64,000 nucleotides of DNA from Trypanosoma brucei (Eukaryota): the NCBI GenBank assembly GCA_000002445.1, contig CP000069.1, positions 1,120,001-1,184,000 on the forward strand, read 5' to 3'. The translations under genes were made by a program, and so were the position numbers. Shown piece by piece: positions 11,402-22,567 of the stretch (position 1 is its first letter; each line of letters opens with the position of its first letter). The notes under the pieces are model-generated. The model did not search any database. It worked only from the letters and a program-made list of their open reading frames with translations, and was not told the origin of the DNA.

Positions 11402-13945
11402 CTATAGCGTACATCCCTCCGGTTGCAGTGGCGACCGACGGATCACCGGCGCTGAACCCAAAACGCTAATGATGTCACGAAGTCGTGCGGCATGTATGTC
11501 TGCGAACGTGCTTTTGCTCATTGACTTTTCGGACAGTTCCCTCAACACTGGCCTCGGTGTAAGCGGCTCGACTTCCATGATCGCTTTGTTAACATTGTCA
11601 TATGTAATTACATTCACTCCGCCTTCCTGGTCCACACGCTCCGAGTACAATGTGAGGCGCTCAATTAAGTTGCAGTAGAATAAAATGGCGGATGCACATT
11701 CCTGATCGAAGAAGGTGGACATGAACTTCCCACTCAAACTAATTAGACCTCCCACATCGTGAGTTGTGTCGACACCCAAAGCCTCCTTTAAAAGGGCTAC
11801 ATCCTTCTCTGTTTTCAATTGTAAAACAGGTGCAATGCAGTCAGCGACAGCAGTGCGACGCAGCCGTGACCGTTTCTGCGCCGTAGCAAGTTCCTTCAAT
11901 TCCGTTCGCACATTTTCAATGATAGCTATTACATCACACGCCAGTCGACTCGGGTATATGCCATCCAAAATTCCCGTCAACAATTTAAGTGAAGGTCGGC
12001 ACCGCTCTCTGCTACGCGCAATGTAATCCATGTTGATGGCGAGGTGCTCCGGTTGCGTGAACTTTTCCAACCCAGGCCTTGTTTCAATAACAGAATTAAG
12101 GTAGTGCAAGTAGATTTTTGGGACGTCGATTGTGGGAAGGAGAACGTCCGGGTGCTCAACCAGTGTGCTGGAGAAGAAGTCGTGAACAATTGAAAGCACT
12201 GTCATCTGATCCAACTCAACGTAGGGCACGACGCCGGCTGCGCACAGATGTACCGGATTGTTTTTATTCTGACACCGACCTATCATGGGGGGATGAGGTG
12301 TTTCTACTTTCATGGGAACCATTGCCCGTCTGTCCACTTCATTCGAAAGGGAGTGGATCTGTTCAACAAGGAAGTCTACCTGAAGCACCGTTTCAGTCAT
12401 ACCTGGAACCACAGATGTTATAGCCTCGTCACCTTCAAGCGGGAGAGCTCGGACAGATTTGACGTATTCCTTCAACGCAGGGACCTTTTCATGGACTTCA
12501 TCCCACTTGGGCCGAGGAGTCATTACATCGCGCTGAATGTCTGCATTAAGAAGTTGCGCATTTTCCTCCTTTATGGCTTTAAACTTCCTTCCCATAACAT
12601 CCACCTGCATTCCCCTAACAGCGGCAGCCCGACGGTTGTGACGACCAGCGGCTTGGGCTGCTTGCAGTTCAGCCATCAGTTGTTCCTTCACGATGTTGTG
12701 ATCGGTAATGGAGATAAACTGGCTGTATTTTTCCTTGAACTCCTCAAGCTCACTTTGAGCTTCACCCGCCATGATTTTGAACTCACTCAGTTCGTCAACC
12801 TTGCTCACCAGGTCCTGATACTCCTTCTCTACCTTTTTCGCTCGCTTGTCACTTTCCCGCAAGGCGGCAATCAGCACAAGCACCTTCTCAAGGTGATCCT
12901 TGTTGGTTTCTTCTAATTTCTGTATCGTTGCATTGGCGCGAAGAAGATTCCTTTCCATTTTCTTGAAACCTTTCAATGAGCGGCGACCTGGTTGAGGCAC
13001 CACAATAGGTGCCGTATCTCCTTCCTCTGTTACCTCGTCGTCACCGTCATCTTCGAGTTCATCACGTACCTCTTTTAGTTCTGCAGTAAGCCGAGTGATG
13101 GTTGAGTTCAATTCTTGCACCTCCATCCCTCGCTGAGCAACCACACGCTCCTGTCTCTGTCGCTCATTCATAGACTCAATTAGCATTGCGGCCTGTTCTT
13201 GAATAACACCATCGTAAGCCGACATAATATCGTTCAAGATTTGGCTATACGCGGGGAACGCATCAATGAGTACAAAAAGTGCCTCACGAAAAGGTCGAAG
13301 GCGACTTTGGGCTGTGCAAACGCCTCCTTCATCAACGGCCACACTTACTTCTTTCTGTAGGTACTGCGCCAGCGTTGTAGCAAGAGGCGGTGGATCTCGT
13401 CCAGAAGACATAAAGGAGTTCATTGTTTGTGCCATGCCGCCGCCAGTCTCTAGAAAAGATGTAGTTGCTGCCCCCCACTTAGTGTCCGTAGACTTTGACA
13501 GCATACTTTTAAGGGATTTGAAACTTTCAACGCTCCCTTGAACGGGTTTCCGAGGGCTGCAGCGATTACTCGAACTTTCACCAGGGAGCGGCTGAACAAT
13601 TTTTCTCCCCGTCCTTCCCCTGACGGGTTCTTTTATCGGGATGCCCTTGCGGCTGCCGGTGTTACCCGATGCGGCCGCTGCGTCGTTGGTACCAGTGTCT
13701 GCTCCTTCTGCCGTCTTTTGGCGATTTAAAGCACTTTTAGTGTCCTTAAGCCCACCTTGCAGCACTCCTAAGTTGTTTGGATTTGCGGGCCAGGCTGCGG
13801 TTCCTCGTTTGGATTGAAGAAGCGGGTTATATGGTAAGGTGGGCAAATGCATTCCACTGTTCAGTGCCGCTGACGGCATGCAGGGTGATGTCATGTACAA
13901 CACCCCCTTAACTGGCATTGTACCAGAATAAACGGAGGATTCCAT
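11402..13945 (-). CDS. hypothetical large coiled-coil protein
   Basis: This is an 847-codon ORF counted from the first ATG at 13943..13945 (MESSVYSG...). The track start at 14092 is TTG and overlaps an AG-rich PPT. A central heptad-rich, E/K-rich segment (residues ~330-480) predicts a coiled coil. Confidence 0.6.
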   Translation of the reverse strand: MESSVYSGTMPVKGVLYMTSPCMPSAALNSGMHLPTLPYNPLLQSKRGTAAWPANPNNLGVLQGGLKDTKSALNRQKTAEGADTGTNDAAAASGNTGSRKGIPIKEPVRGRTGRKIVQPLPGESSSNRCSPRKPVQGSVESFKSLKSMLSKSTDTKWGAATTSFLETGGGMAQTMNSFMSSGRDPPPLATTLAQYLQKEVSVAVDEGGVCTAQSRLRPFREALFVLIDAFPAYSQILNDIMSAYDGVIQEQAAMLIESMNERQRQERVVAQRGMEVQELNSTITRLTAELKEVRDELEDDGDDEVTEEGDTAPIVVPQPGRRSLKGFKKMERNLLRANATIQKLEETNKDHLEKVLVLIAALRESDKRAKKVEKEYQDLVSKVDELSEFKIMAGEAQSELEEFKEKYSQFISITDHNIVKEQLMAELQAAQAAGRHNRRAAAVRGMQVDVMGRKFKAIKEENAQLLNADIQRDVMTPRPKWDEVHEKVPALKEYVKSVRALPLEGDEAITSVVPGMTETVLQVDFLVEQIHSLSNEVDRRAMVPMKVETPHPPMIGRCQNKNNPVHLCAAGVVPYVELDQMTVLSIVHDFFSSTLVEHPDVLLPTIDVPKIYLHYLNSVIETRPGLEKFTQPEHLAINMDYIARSRERCRPSLKLLTGILDGIYPSRLACDVIAIIENVRTELKELATAQKRSRLRRTAVADCIAPVLQLKTEKDVALLKEALGVDTTHDVGGLISLSGKFMSTFFDQECASAILFYCNLIERLTLYSERVDQEGGVNVITYDNVNKAIMEVEPLTPRPVLRELSEKSMSKSTFADIHAARLRDIISVLGSAPVIRRSPLQPEGCTL

Positions 13946-14371
13946 GATGTTAACAGAAACGGCTTTTCCCGCACCTTCCTGTGCAATATTTCCTATGAAG
14001 AAAGTTTCAAGTTTAGCGGGTTGAGTAGGGAAAATAGGGAGGTAGAACGAATAAAGAAGAAAAGGATATTTCTTTCCCCCTTTTTTGCCCAAAAGCCCAG
14101 AGCGGAGTTACCCTCTGGAAGCGCCTTTCTCCTTCTATGCAACACTACATTTGTAATCATAATATGGGAACAAGAAGCAAACGGTATGAAAGCAAAGCGA
14201 GAAGGAAACGGTTAAGCATATGAATAAGAAACGAGACAAAGTAAAACAAGATTAAATAGCAACAAAAAATAATAAAAATAAAACACAGTGGTTACATGAT
14301 CTGCATTTTTTTTTCTGGATGGTATTAAGTGCACGTAATTTAAAAAAAAATAATACGATAGCACTACAGGA

Positions 14372-14660
14372 TCATATTCGAAAAGAAGAAAAGGAAAATA
14401 AGCTCACCACCTTCTCAACGAAAGAAAGGGGTTTTAAATAATAATAATAGTTATTATTATTATTATAGTAACGGCGGGAGAGTTGTTCACGCTTACAAGA
14501 GCATATGTATACAAGAGAGAGGTGAAAAAAGGGAAAATATAAAATATTAAAAAATGGTAAGATAAAAATAAAGATAACGTATGGAGATGATGAGCATAAA
14601 AATGACGCGGACAATCCGAGAAAAAAGAAAAAAATAAGCGATGGGTTGTCATTTTAATAT
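14372..14660 (-). promoter_or_regulatory. polypyrimidine-tract region upstream of the 11402..13945 gene
   Basis: The + strand is AG/A-rich (aaaagaagaaaaggaaaataag..., (TAA)n, gagagaggtgaaaaaagggaaaat). This is C/U-rich in transcript sense. Confidence 0.3.
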
Positions 14661-15394
14661 TATTTCAAAAGAAGCGTTATTTGTCATTATGCAACATCAT
14701 ATATACACTCAATGAAGCATATGTTTCGCTTACAGAAAGAATAAATAAAGAACTCACGTCAAAACGAGTCACTAATAAAGAACGGCATAGTTAAACCCTT
14801 TCCCACTAATATTTTTTTTCTTAAAAAAGAAAAAAATACACCCGACCGCTCTTTTTATTTTATTTTATTTTTTGCACCTATGGATCGTTTGTACCGAAGA
14901 AAAAAAAAAGAGGCAAATCCACAGATATTAGATTCTGGACACACCCTTTTGCATGAAACCACGCTGAAACGATTACAATTAGCCATTCGAATGCGTAAGC
15001 ACTTTATGTGCATCTATATGATGGACCTGAAGGTGACAACAAAAGTTAACCAACATTTAACGATCTCTCTCTCTCTCTCTCTTTGTGTAAGGAATAACCA
15101 ATAAATAAAACAAACGAGGATTATTACAAAAGTGTGCAATAAAAAGAAAGAAAGAATCAACCGTTTTCACTCAGGTAGCAAAAATAACAACAGCTGTAAC
15201 ACTGACAAAAAAACAGTGATGTCATAAATAGTTACATATATATATATATATATAGACTTCAATGGCTTAATGCCCGTTAAGTTCGAAAAGGAATCTGTTT
15301 TTTTGACATCTTCATACAAATACACCGCACTTCCATAAAGTTTCGTTCATGCACGACACACCACAAAAGAAGCGCAAATGGAGAACTGTTGCCA

Positions 15395-16744
15395 TTACCG
15401 CACCTCAAATATTCCCCATATCAAACCTCCTTCATTCCTATTAATGAGTTTCAATGTTTCCTCGGCATCGTAGGCACCCTCCTCATGTTTGAGCGTAGTG
15501 GCTGAGTTTCCAGTGATCTCTCGAATCCTCAGTTTCCCTTCACGTACTTTTCCAACACGAGTGAAGACAAGCGGCTGATCCATTTGGTCCCTTTCCTCTT
15601 CCAGAATAGTACGGTACATCACACCCAGTTTTGCCTTTAGATGTTTTTCAGGTGTCGTTGCATCGTTTCCTACGTGCCGTAGTTCCTTCTTCGCCTCCTG
15701 CAATGCACTGCAGTTTATAAAGCCACCATAGTTAGAGAAATCCACAGGTTCTAAAGTTTCCTCTTGCATTTGATATTCAAAGGCGCGATAGCACCGCTCA
15801 ATAATGTCGTTGGGATTTAGATCCTGTGCACCAACAAGATACACTTCATGTTGGAATGGAGACAGAATGCTTTCGATGATTGGGCTCACCTTACTATACG
15901 AGTCACGCGGAACCGCCCCCAGCTGATCACCAATCCACTGAAAGGATACTACACGTGTCATCCGGTGGCCTTTAACACACAATGTAATGCGAAATAGGCC
16001 GAATAACCATAAGGTATGCGGTAGGTTGCGCACAAGTTCATACACACCACCATTTCCCGCATTCCTTAAGCACAACTCAACAGGGTTGGCTGCGAATGTC
16101 ACCCAATTCAGTGAACCAAGTCGGTTTCGCACTGCGTTAAGTACCCTCTCCACAGTCCCCGATACTACGCAAGTGGAAAAAGGTACGGAGTGCTCCATCA
16201 TTAATGAATCCGTACTCGTCATTCCATCATCACCATCACCATACTCCATATCAACGCTTCCTCTACTACCTCGACTAACTGACGAAAGTTCCACAGAACC
16301 GAGATGTGGTGGGAAACTAAAATAAAAGCTTCCTTCCTGTTCCTGAATCCGTTGCTGGAACTCCTTTATGATCTGTGCTATGGAAAAGTTCCCCAAATCA
16401 GAGACGAATACTGTCCGCATGCGCTCGACAAGATGATGAAGTGAAAGAGAAGATTTCTCCGTCACTGTTATACCCGCTGATCCCTTTAATTTATCGCGAA
16501 AGCTATTCATATATGTGAGGCACCGCCCACGCTTCACATTCCCACACTCGGGTCCGATGAACATCACTGAGATAAACTTGTTGCGCTTGAATGTCCCCTT
16601 TCCAATGGGAAAACGTGCATAAAGAAGTTGTACTTTCCTCTCATCCAATAATTCAAACCCCTTTTCAATATCTTCACCACTTCTAGCCACACATACGACA
16701 TTCGTCTCTATTCTACCACCGTTGCTATTGTTTTCCAGTGGCAT
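15395..16744 (-). CDS. ADF-H (actin-depolymerising-factor homology) domain-like protein, possibly two ADF-H domains (twinfilin-like)
   Basis: The N-terminal segment KVQLLYARFPIGKGTFKRNKFISVMFIGPECGNVKRGRCLTYMNSFRDKL matches the ADF-H/cofilin core pattern. A second, weaker ADF-H-like segment lies at the C-terminus (PLVFTRVGKVREGKLRIREI...GLIWGIFEV). The first ATG is at 16742..16744; the track start is TTG. Confidence 0.5.
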   Translation of the reverse strand: MPLENNSNGGRIETNVVCVARSGEDIEKGFELLDERKVQLLYARFPIGKGTFKRNKFISVMFIGPECGNVKRGRCLTYMNSFRDKLKGSAGITVTEKSSLSLHHLVERMRTVFVSDLGNFSIAQIIKEFQQRIQEQEGSFYFSFPPHLGSVELSSVSRGSRGSVDMEYGDGDDGMTSTDSLMMEHSVPFSTCVVSGTVERVLNAVRNRLGSLNWVTFAANPVELCLRNAGNGGVYELVRNLPHTLWLFGLFRITLCVKGHRMTRVVSFQWIGDQLGAVPRDSYSKVSPIIESILSPFQHEVYLVGAQDLNPNDIIERCYRAFEYQMQEETLEPVDFSNYGGFINCSALQEAKKELRHVGNDATTPEKHLKAKLGVMYRTILEEERDQMDQPLVFTRVGKVREGKLRIREITGNSATTLKHEEGAYDAEETLKLINRNEGGLIWGIFEVR

Positions 16745-17039
16745 ATCGGGCCCAATACCACGCAAGGCAATGAATTTGCTCCTTACCGCGAAAAGAACAG
16801 GCAAATATTAACGATAATAATAACAATATCTTAACAATGGTTTTACTAATACGAACTTAGACTATGTGATACGACGGGAAAGAGGGGGGATTTTCTATTG
16901 CCTTGATCTTAAATCAAATCACTATCGTCAATAGTATCGGATAATGAAGAAGTTTTTAAATATATATATGTATGTATATATATCCTAATTTGCGTAAATG
17001 ACTTCCGCTACTCCTTTTTTGAAGTTACTTTGTCATTAC

Positions 17040-17215
17040 AAACTAATTTTATTAAAACGTTGTGAAAAAAAATATAAAGAAGAAAAAAAAGAAGAAAACA
17101 CAAAAGAAAATAAGTAAATAATAAATAAATCGATAAATAAATAAAGATATGGAAAGAAACTAGAGCTCGCCCCCCACACGCACACACACGAAGGACAGCA
17201 CCAGAGCGAAAAAAA
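17040..17215 (-). promoter_or_regulatory. polypyrimidine-tract region upstream of the ADF-H-like gene
   Basis: The + strand is AG-rich (gaaaaaaaatataaagaagaaaaaaaagaagaaaacacaaaagaaaataag...). Confidence 0.3.
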
Positions 17216-17279
17216 AAACACTCAACACATTCGGAATGAACAGGAGTAACTTGAATGAGGCGAAAGGACGTGGGAAGGT

Positions 17280-18300
17280 TATTTCATCTTATTGATTCCT
17301 CTTTATTTTTGTTTTGTTCTTGCTAACGAAAAAAAAAAAGAGTTCCTTCCCTCACTCTCTCTCTCTATTTATCCTTTTTTCTTCTTCGCCTCACCCCACA
17401 CATTATTCTCATCTGTTGTTTCTCCCTTTCCTTTCATTTGATTTCTTTGAAATTGTTTGGTCGTCTCTACATCGTTCCCTTCCCTTCATTCTTTTGACGC
17501 CTGATTCTTTTTTTTTCTTTTTTCATTCTTTCCTTCTTTATTTTTTGTTCATTTTTTTTGTTTTTTGTCCGCTCATCCCAATTTTTCCCCTCATTTCTCT
17601 CCTCTTGTGCATTTTATTGTTCTGTTTCATTTCTGTTTCACACTCCCTTCTCACCTTATTTCTCTGTTCATTCTGCTTATTATTATTATTTTATTTTTCC
17701 CTTCTTTATTCGTTTCAACCCTCCACCTTTTCTTTTCCAGTTCCTCCTCACATCGTCATCGTTTCGATCTTATGTTTCGGAAGGAACTCATTTGCCGGTA
17801 ATAAATGATAGTGACTATAAATGAGAATAACAATAATAATAATAATAGTAGTAGGGGTGACCACGATGGTTGCAGAATAGGAGGAAGGAGATAAGAGGGA
17901 AGGAAATTGTCGTGAAGAATAAAGAAAATAAAAGGAAAAGAAAGTCACACGGAGTAGTCAAAAAAAAATCAATAGGTCTCCCGTCAGTTTATTTTTGCAT
18001 ATAAGAAAAGGGGAAAAGGGGGAGGAAGTAACTGCCGTGTTGAAGTTATATCACAACTTTTCCGGATGATTCCCTTTCTTTTTCTCTTTTCTTTTTGCTT
18101 TCTCTCTCTCTCTATATATATATCCTTTTTTTTCTCTTTTTTGGTACTTCACGACTACTACCTTTCCATTTCCACTCACTCTTCTACCGTTAAATCAATT
18201 CTGTTTTTCCCCACTTTCAACCTCACATATGGTAATCATAGAAATAATTCGAAAAGGAAATAAATGGGGACAAAAGGCACACCCCCCAAAAAAAAAAATC
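17280..18300. repeat. about 1 kb low-complexity CT-rich (+ strand) / polypurine (transcript sense) tract
   Basis: The + strand is nearly purine-free, long C+T-only runs with few purines (ctttatttttgttttgttcttgc..., tccctttcctttcatttgatttctttg..., ttctctcctcttgtgcattttattgttc...). It sits inside the 2.5-kb ORF-free interval 16805..19326. Confidence 0.6.
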
Positions 18301-19326
18301 TTTCTGCCCACATGCAAAAGAACTCACGGACAAAAAGTATAATGAAGTAATAAATGTACTGCCATATACATATATGTATATATTCTTTTGTTCCATTCTA
18401 ATAGAACATGCTGCAGTCAGAGAAAGGGCCAGGCACTTCAAACGGAAAGAAATGGTTGGGTTAGAATGAAACAAAAAAGAAGAAAAAAAGAAAGACCCGG
18501 AACAAAATGAAAAGGGAGGGCTACACACACGAAAGAACCGTTGACAAAATTAAAAAAAAAGGAAAACGACTGGGAGATAGTTGAGGCTAAACCAACCGCC
18601 AACCAGTGATGAAACAGGAATTGAATGGATTACAAACACCAAAAAAGGGGGGAAATGTCACCCTTCCCGCTCCCCTTCAATACAGCAATCCTCTACAGGG
18701 AGATATGGGAATATAATATTTTGCCTTAAGGGAACTTGATGGAAGCAGAAAATCACAACAAAAGGGACGCTAAATGGCATTTCCAAACAGCGGGAAACCA
18801 CCGGACAGAAACGGCCATTCAAAATTGATATCAACTAACTTCACTATCAGAGCCCCATTGCTGTTGCCTCTCCAGTAACTTGAGAACACTCTCAATATAA
18901 CATCCACATTCTCATTTCTATTTCTTCCGTTTCCTCCTCTTCCTCTTACTCACTTTGCCACATCCACGCTAAAAAAGAAATAATTATCGCAAAGAATCAA
19001 CTTTGTATAATCCGCGCGCTGCTGAATGGTCCCCGCCCACCTGATACGACTCGCGAGTGGAGTGGAGTGGAAGGTGTGAAAGATGTCGAAATTAGAGGGA
19101 AGAGTTCAACCAAATAAACAAATTCACAAGGGAGCAAAAACAGTTATTATAACACATAATTGTGAAGCAATCCAATCATCTCTTGTTTGTAGAGACGGCA
19201 GTAAACCTCCTTTCCCCCTTCTTCTTCTCTTCCTTCTCCTCCTCCGCGCCAATTTTTCAATCAAAATTCCCTCATTTCCTTTTCCCTGTCGTTTTCCTAC
19301 ATTTTCAACGGCGATACCAGTCCTCT

Positions 19327-19887
19327 CTAATTGTTCTTCTTTGTCAACTGGTCCACTTTTGTGCGGAGGGCACCCAAATGCTCCTCAGCCATAGCCATGA
19401 TATCTGCAGTTGCATTATCAATAACCTCCTTGTTCTTCTCATACACCACAGGAGCAGTGAAGAGTAGTGTAACGATAAGACCAAGAACAGCCATATCAGA
19501 AAAGTAGTTCCCAACAATGGCCAACACAACAGTAAGTGCAGCAATTGCACCAGACTGCTTCCTGTCCCTCCATGTGACCAAATCGTAGATCTTTTGTAAC
19601 ACCAAAACGGCGTAGGGTGCGAAGCAATCGGCGAAACGGTCCACCATCATTTGAATATCATCATTGGTATAAGTTCCCCATTTCATGAATCCCATAAGCG
19701 GCATAGCAGCAAAAAGGACTTGCAAGAGGCGGCAGAGAAAAGTTACCACGGTATATTTCATGTACCAAAAGAATAAAATAGTGCTGAGTAGCACAGCAAA
19801 GAGGCTACCAGTTGCTGTGGGGCGGTGCCACGACAAAACCTCCCATGGAGTCAGTCCCTTTAGCTGGTTGCAAAGGAAACAGGACAT
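19327..19887 (-). CDS. reticulon-homology-domain-like small membrane protein
   Basis: The 186-aa protein has two long hydrophobic hairpin segments (LFAVLLSTILFFWYMKYTVVTFLCRLLQVLFAAMPL and AIAALTVVLAIVGNYFSDMAVLGLIVTLLFTAPVVY) separated by a hydrophilic loop. It ends in a short amphipathic tail. This topology is typical of RTN/Yop1-type proteins. The ATG is at 19885..19887. Confidence 0.45.
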   Translation of the reverse strand: MSCFLCNQLKGLTPWEVLSWHRPTATGSLFAVLLSTILFFWYMKYTVVTFLCRLLQVLFAAMPLMGFMKWGTYTNDDIQMMVDRFADCFAPYAVLVLQKIYDLVTWRDRKQSGAIAALTVVLAIVGNYFSDMAVLGLIVTLLFTAPVVYEKNKEVIDNATADIMAMAEEHLGALRTKVDQLTKKNN

Positions 19888-20253
19888 GATTTCCTTTTCT
19901 GTGTTTTTTTTTTCCTTTTCCTTCTTTAATCTGCTGTTCAGACGCTCTTGTTCTTCACCTTTAAAAGGAAACCTTTTTATTTTTTTAAATAAAGCTCCGT
20001 ATTCCGCGTGCTTACCTTTAATTCTTTTTCCTTTTTCTTTGGATGCTTGAGAACCTAAACCCCAGTATGTTGCGTGGTTGAGCGTGTTTAGAACAGTTTA
20101 ACGAAAGGAGAGAAAACGCAAGCGGTTCAATGGAAACGAAACACGAGATGACAAGTATTACCGAAGCGAAGAAAAAAAAAAAGCAATGTATTGCATAGTT
20201 GTTTCAAACGCCCCTCTTCGACTCATCCATAACTTAGGAATAAAAAAATAAAT

Positions 20254-20300
20254 TATATATATATATATATATGGAGAGAGAGAGAGAGAGAAAGAAAGAT
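20254..20300. repeat. (TA)n followed by (GA)n microsatellite
   Basis: tatatatatatatatatatggagagagagagagagagaaagaaag. Confidence 0.8.
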
Positions 20301-20487
20301 ACGGAAGGGGTGAATAGATAAAGAAAAAGTTGACATGGTAGGCGAAATGAGCCTACTTACTTCATTTGAAGTGCATTGAAGCACATCAGCATTCACAACT
20401 ATGATTCACTGGACATGAGTTCAAAAACATGCTGTAACAGTTCTCTGTCAAAGCTTTTTTGTTCCGTTTGTCGGTAACCCGCTAATT

Positions 20488-20518
20488 ACACACACACGTA
20501 TATATATATATATATATA
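20488..20518. repeat. (CA)n-(TA)n microsatellite
   Basis: cacacacacgtatatatatatatatatata. Confidence 0.8.
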
Positions 20519-20865
20519 CAAAAATATATAAGCAACAAATATTCAGTTGTATATAGATACAAACAATAACCACTTGTAAAAAAATATATATATGTATATA
20601 GCAATGTCCGCATGCGCGCTAATCAATTCTGCGGTCCTCAGAAGGATGTCGATAACACAGACGATTTGCGCTGCCTTTCTTCCTTTTTTTTTCTTTAATG
20701 CGTGTGTTCGCGAGGACTAAAAGGGAGAAAGGATAACGGAAACTCATGCAACAGTACGTTAGTGTCTCATCTAATCTCAAATTTGGGAGATTCGATGAAT
20801 AACAACCTGAACAAATATATTCTCACTATTATTTATTTTTTTTCCATGTATTTACACTAATATTT

Positions 20866-21735
20866 TCACGTGGATGGATATGGACAAACACGGTACGCCT
20901 TGTGAGCTAATGTCAGTGACCAGTCATCATATTCAATACCCTTAACACACATCTGTTCCATTATGGCCTCTACGCCTTCACTAATAAGTTGAGCAGTTAG
21001 GCCTGGTTTCGGTCCATCTGTATAAAGTATTAACATTATATGATATTGTGTCACATCTGCACGCCGCTGTGTATATTCCTCCCAGTGTTCCATGGCTGCA
21101 AAACAACTGGTCAAATGATGCTCGCCATAACCCGTCACACGGTGATAATTCCTAAGAGATAATCGAAGGGGTTCACTCACGTCGATAGCATCAAAACAAT
21201 GACTGCGTAAAGCCTTAGAAAGTAAATTGTCAATATCGTTCCGTGTCTCCACTGAGGAAAAGAGATAATAAAACATCTGTCTCTGTTCATGATATCTTTC
21301 ATCCTTAGATTTATACCGGTAATAAGAATGGGTATAATCGCCCTCATCATCCTTTTGTTTTGATGACGATTCATGAGAGGAACCATCAAATTCACTGTTA
21401 GAGCGAGGGCCCGTCTTTACAAGTTTCTCACAGCACGACTCATACGCCCAGCGGATGCGACGAAACCCCTCTTCCGTTCCTCCAACATCCGGATGTTCCG
21501 TTTGGCATTTGCTTCGATACGCCGCTTTCACTGTTGTCATGTCACTATTGTTGCTAATACCCAATGCATCAAATGGACATGACTTCGATTTGGTGTTGTC
21601 ATCTGCCGTGAAACCACAGCTAATGTACCGCATTGATGAGGACACGAATGCAATAAAAGCAAAGCATTTCCATGTTTTAACCGCAGCACGTCGGACTTTC
21701 AACATGAAGGTGGTAGAACTACAAAACAATGGCAT
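20866..21735 (-). CDS. DnaJ/J-domain protein
   Basis: The J domain reads DALGISNNSDMTTVKAAYRSKCQTEHPDVGGTEEGFRRIRWAYE and carries the HPD tripeptide. The N-terminal hydrophobic stretch may be a signal or targeting sequence. The ATG is at 21733..21735. Confidence 0.7.
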   Translation of the reverse strand: MPLFCSSTTFMLKVRRAAVKTWKCFAFIAFVSSSMRYISCGFTADDNTKSKSCPFDALGISNNSDMTTVKAAYRSKCQTEHPDVGGTEEGFRRIRWAYESCCEKLVKTGPRSNSEFDGSSHESSSKQKDDEGDYTHSYYRYKSKDERYHEQRQMFYYLFSSVETRNDIDNLLSKALRSHCFDAIDVSEPLRLSLRNYHRVTGYGEHHLTSCFAAMEHWEEYTQRRADVTQYHIMLILYTDGPKPGLTAQLISEGVEAIMEQMCVKGIEYDDWSLTLAHKAYRVCPYPST

Positions 21736-22567
21736 ACATTCGCTTTAATATTAATAGAGGGGTTGGAACTAATCAACAACACTTCCTGAAGGACGTAATG
21801 TAAGATATGAAGGAAGAAATATGTGAGTAAAGAAAGAAGGAAAGAAACTCAAAACAGAATAAGGCAAAATAAAGCAAAATAAGAGAAACAGGGTTCGAGT
21901 AACAAAAACTGAAATAAAAATGAGTTAGAGGCGAGACTTTGTTGCTCTCGCACCTCTTTGGAAGGTCATTTACCATTTTTACTCAGGTCGAAGTGTGGCC
22001 ACCGACACATTTATGCTCAGGCTCACACATCAGAATCTCCATATTTTTATTTTGGTTACCATCCACCATAACAAGGAAGCAACAACTGTCGCGTAAGTTC
22101 ACTCGAATATTCGCATAATTATACATCCTCGCTTTCGTTCTTAGGATTGCATTCCTATCGAAGATAGGATACACACGCATTTATGTGTGCGAATAAAACT
22201 AGTACAAACATTTAAAAAAAACCAAGATAATAATAATAATAATAATCATCATCATCACCCAAACCATCCCTCTCCCTTCCCCACCCACTCTCTTTTCCCC
22301 TGGGTTTAAATGATTTAGCCTTCTTAGCCGAAACCTGGAGAGCGCAACACCATATAAATGACGACAGTGTAGAAACTAAATAATAAAAAGTAAAATCACA
22401 AGAAGCATGCAACAGCATGTCTCATCCACCGACGGTAGCATTGGAGTTATGGGAGCTACCTCTCAAGAAAAGAACAGCGAAATAATAATAATAATGATAA
22501 AGAAATAAATAAATACATACAATGAAGGGAAAATAAGGTCAAATCTATTGACACAAACCATAACGAC

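Noticed and set aside
17314-17824. Three overlapping + strand ORFs of 78-164 aa in the CT-rich tract
   Set aside because: Their translations are pure F/L/S/P low-complexity strings produced by the pyrimidine tract. They are not coding.
21891-21900. GGGTTCGAGT, resembling a tRNA T-loop (GGTTCGA)
   Set aside because: No flanking acceptor, D or anticodon stem complementarity could be built. A weak GGGGTTCGAGT match also appears on the minus strand near 42830. Neither has a tRNA cloverleaf.
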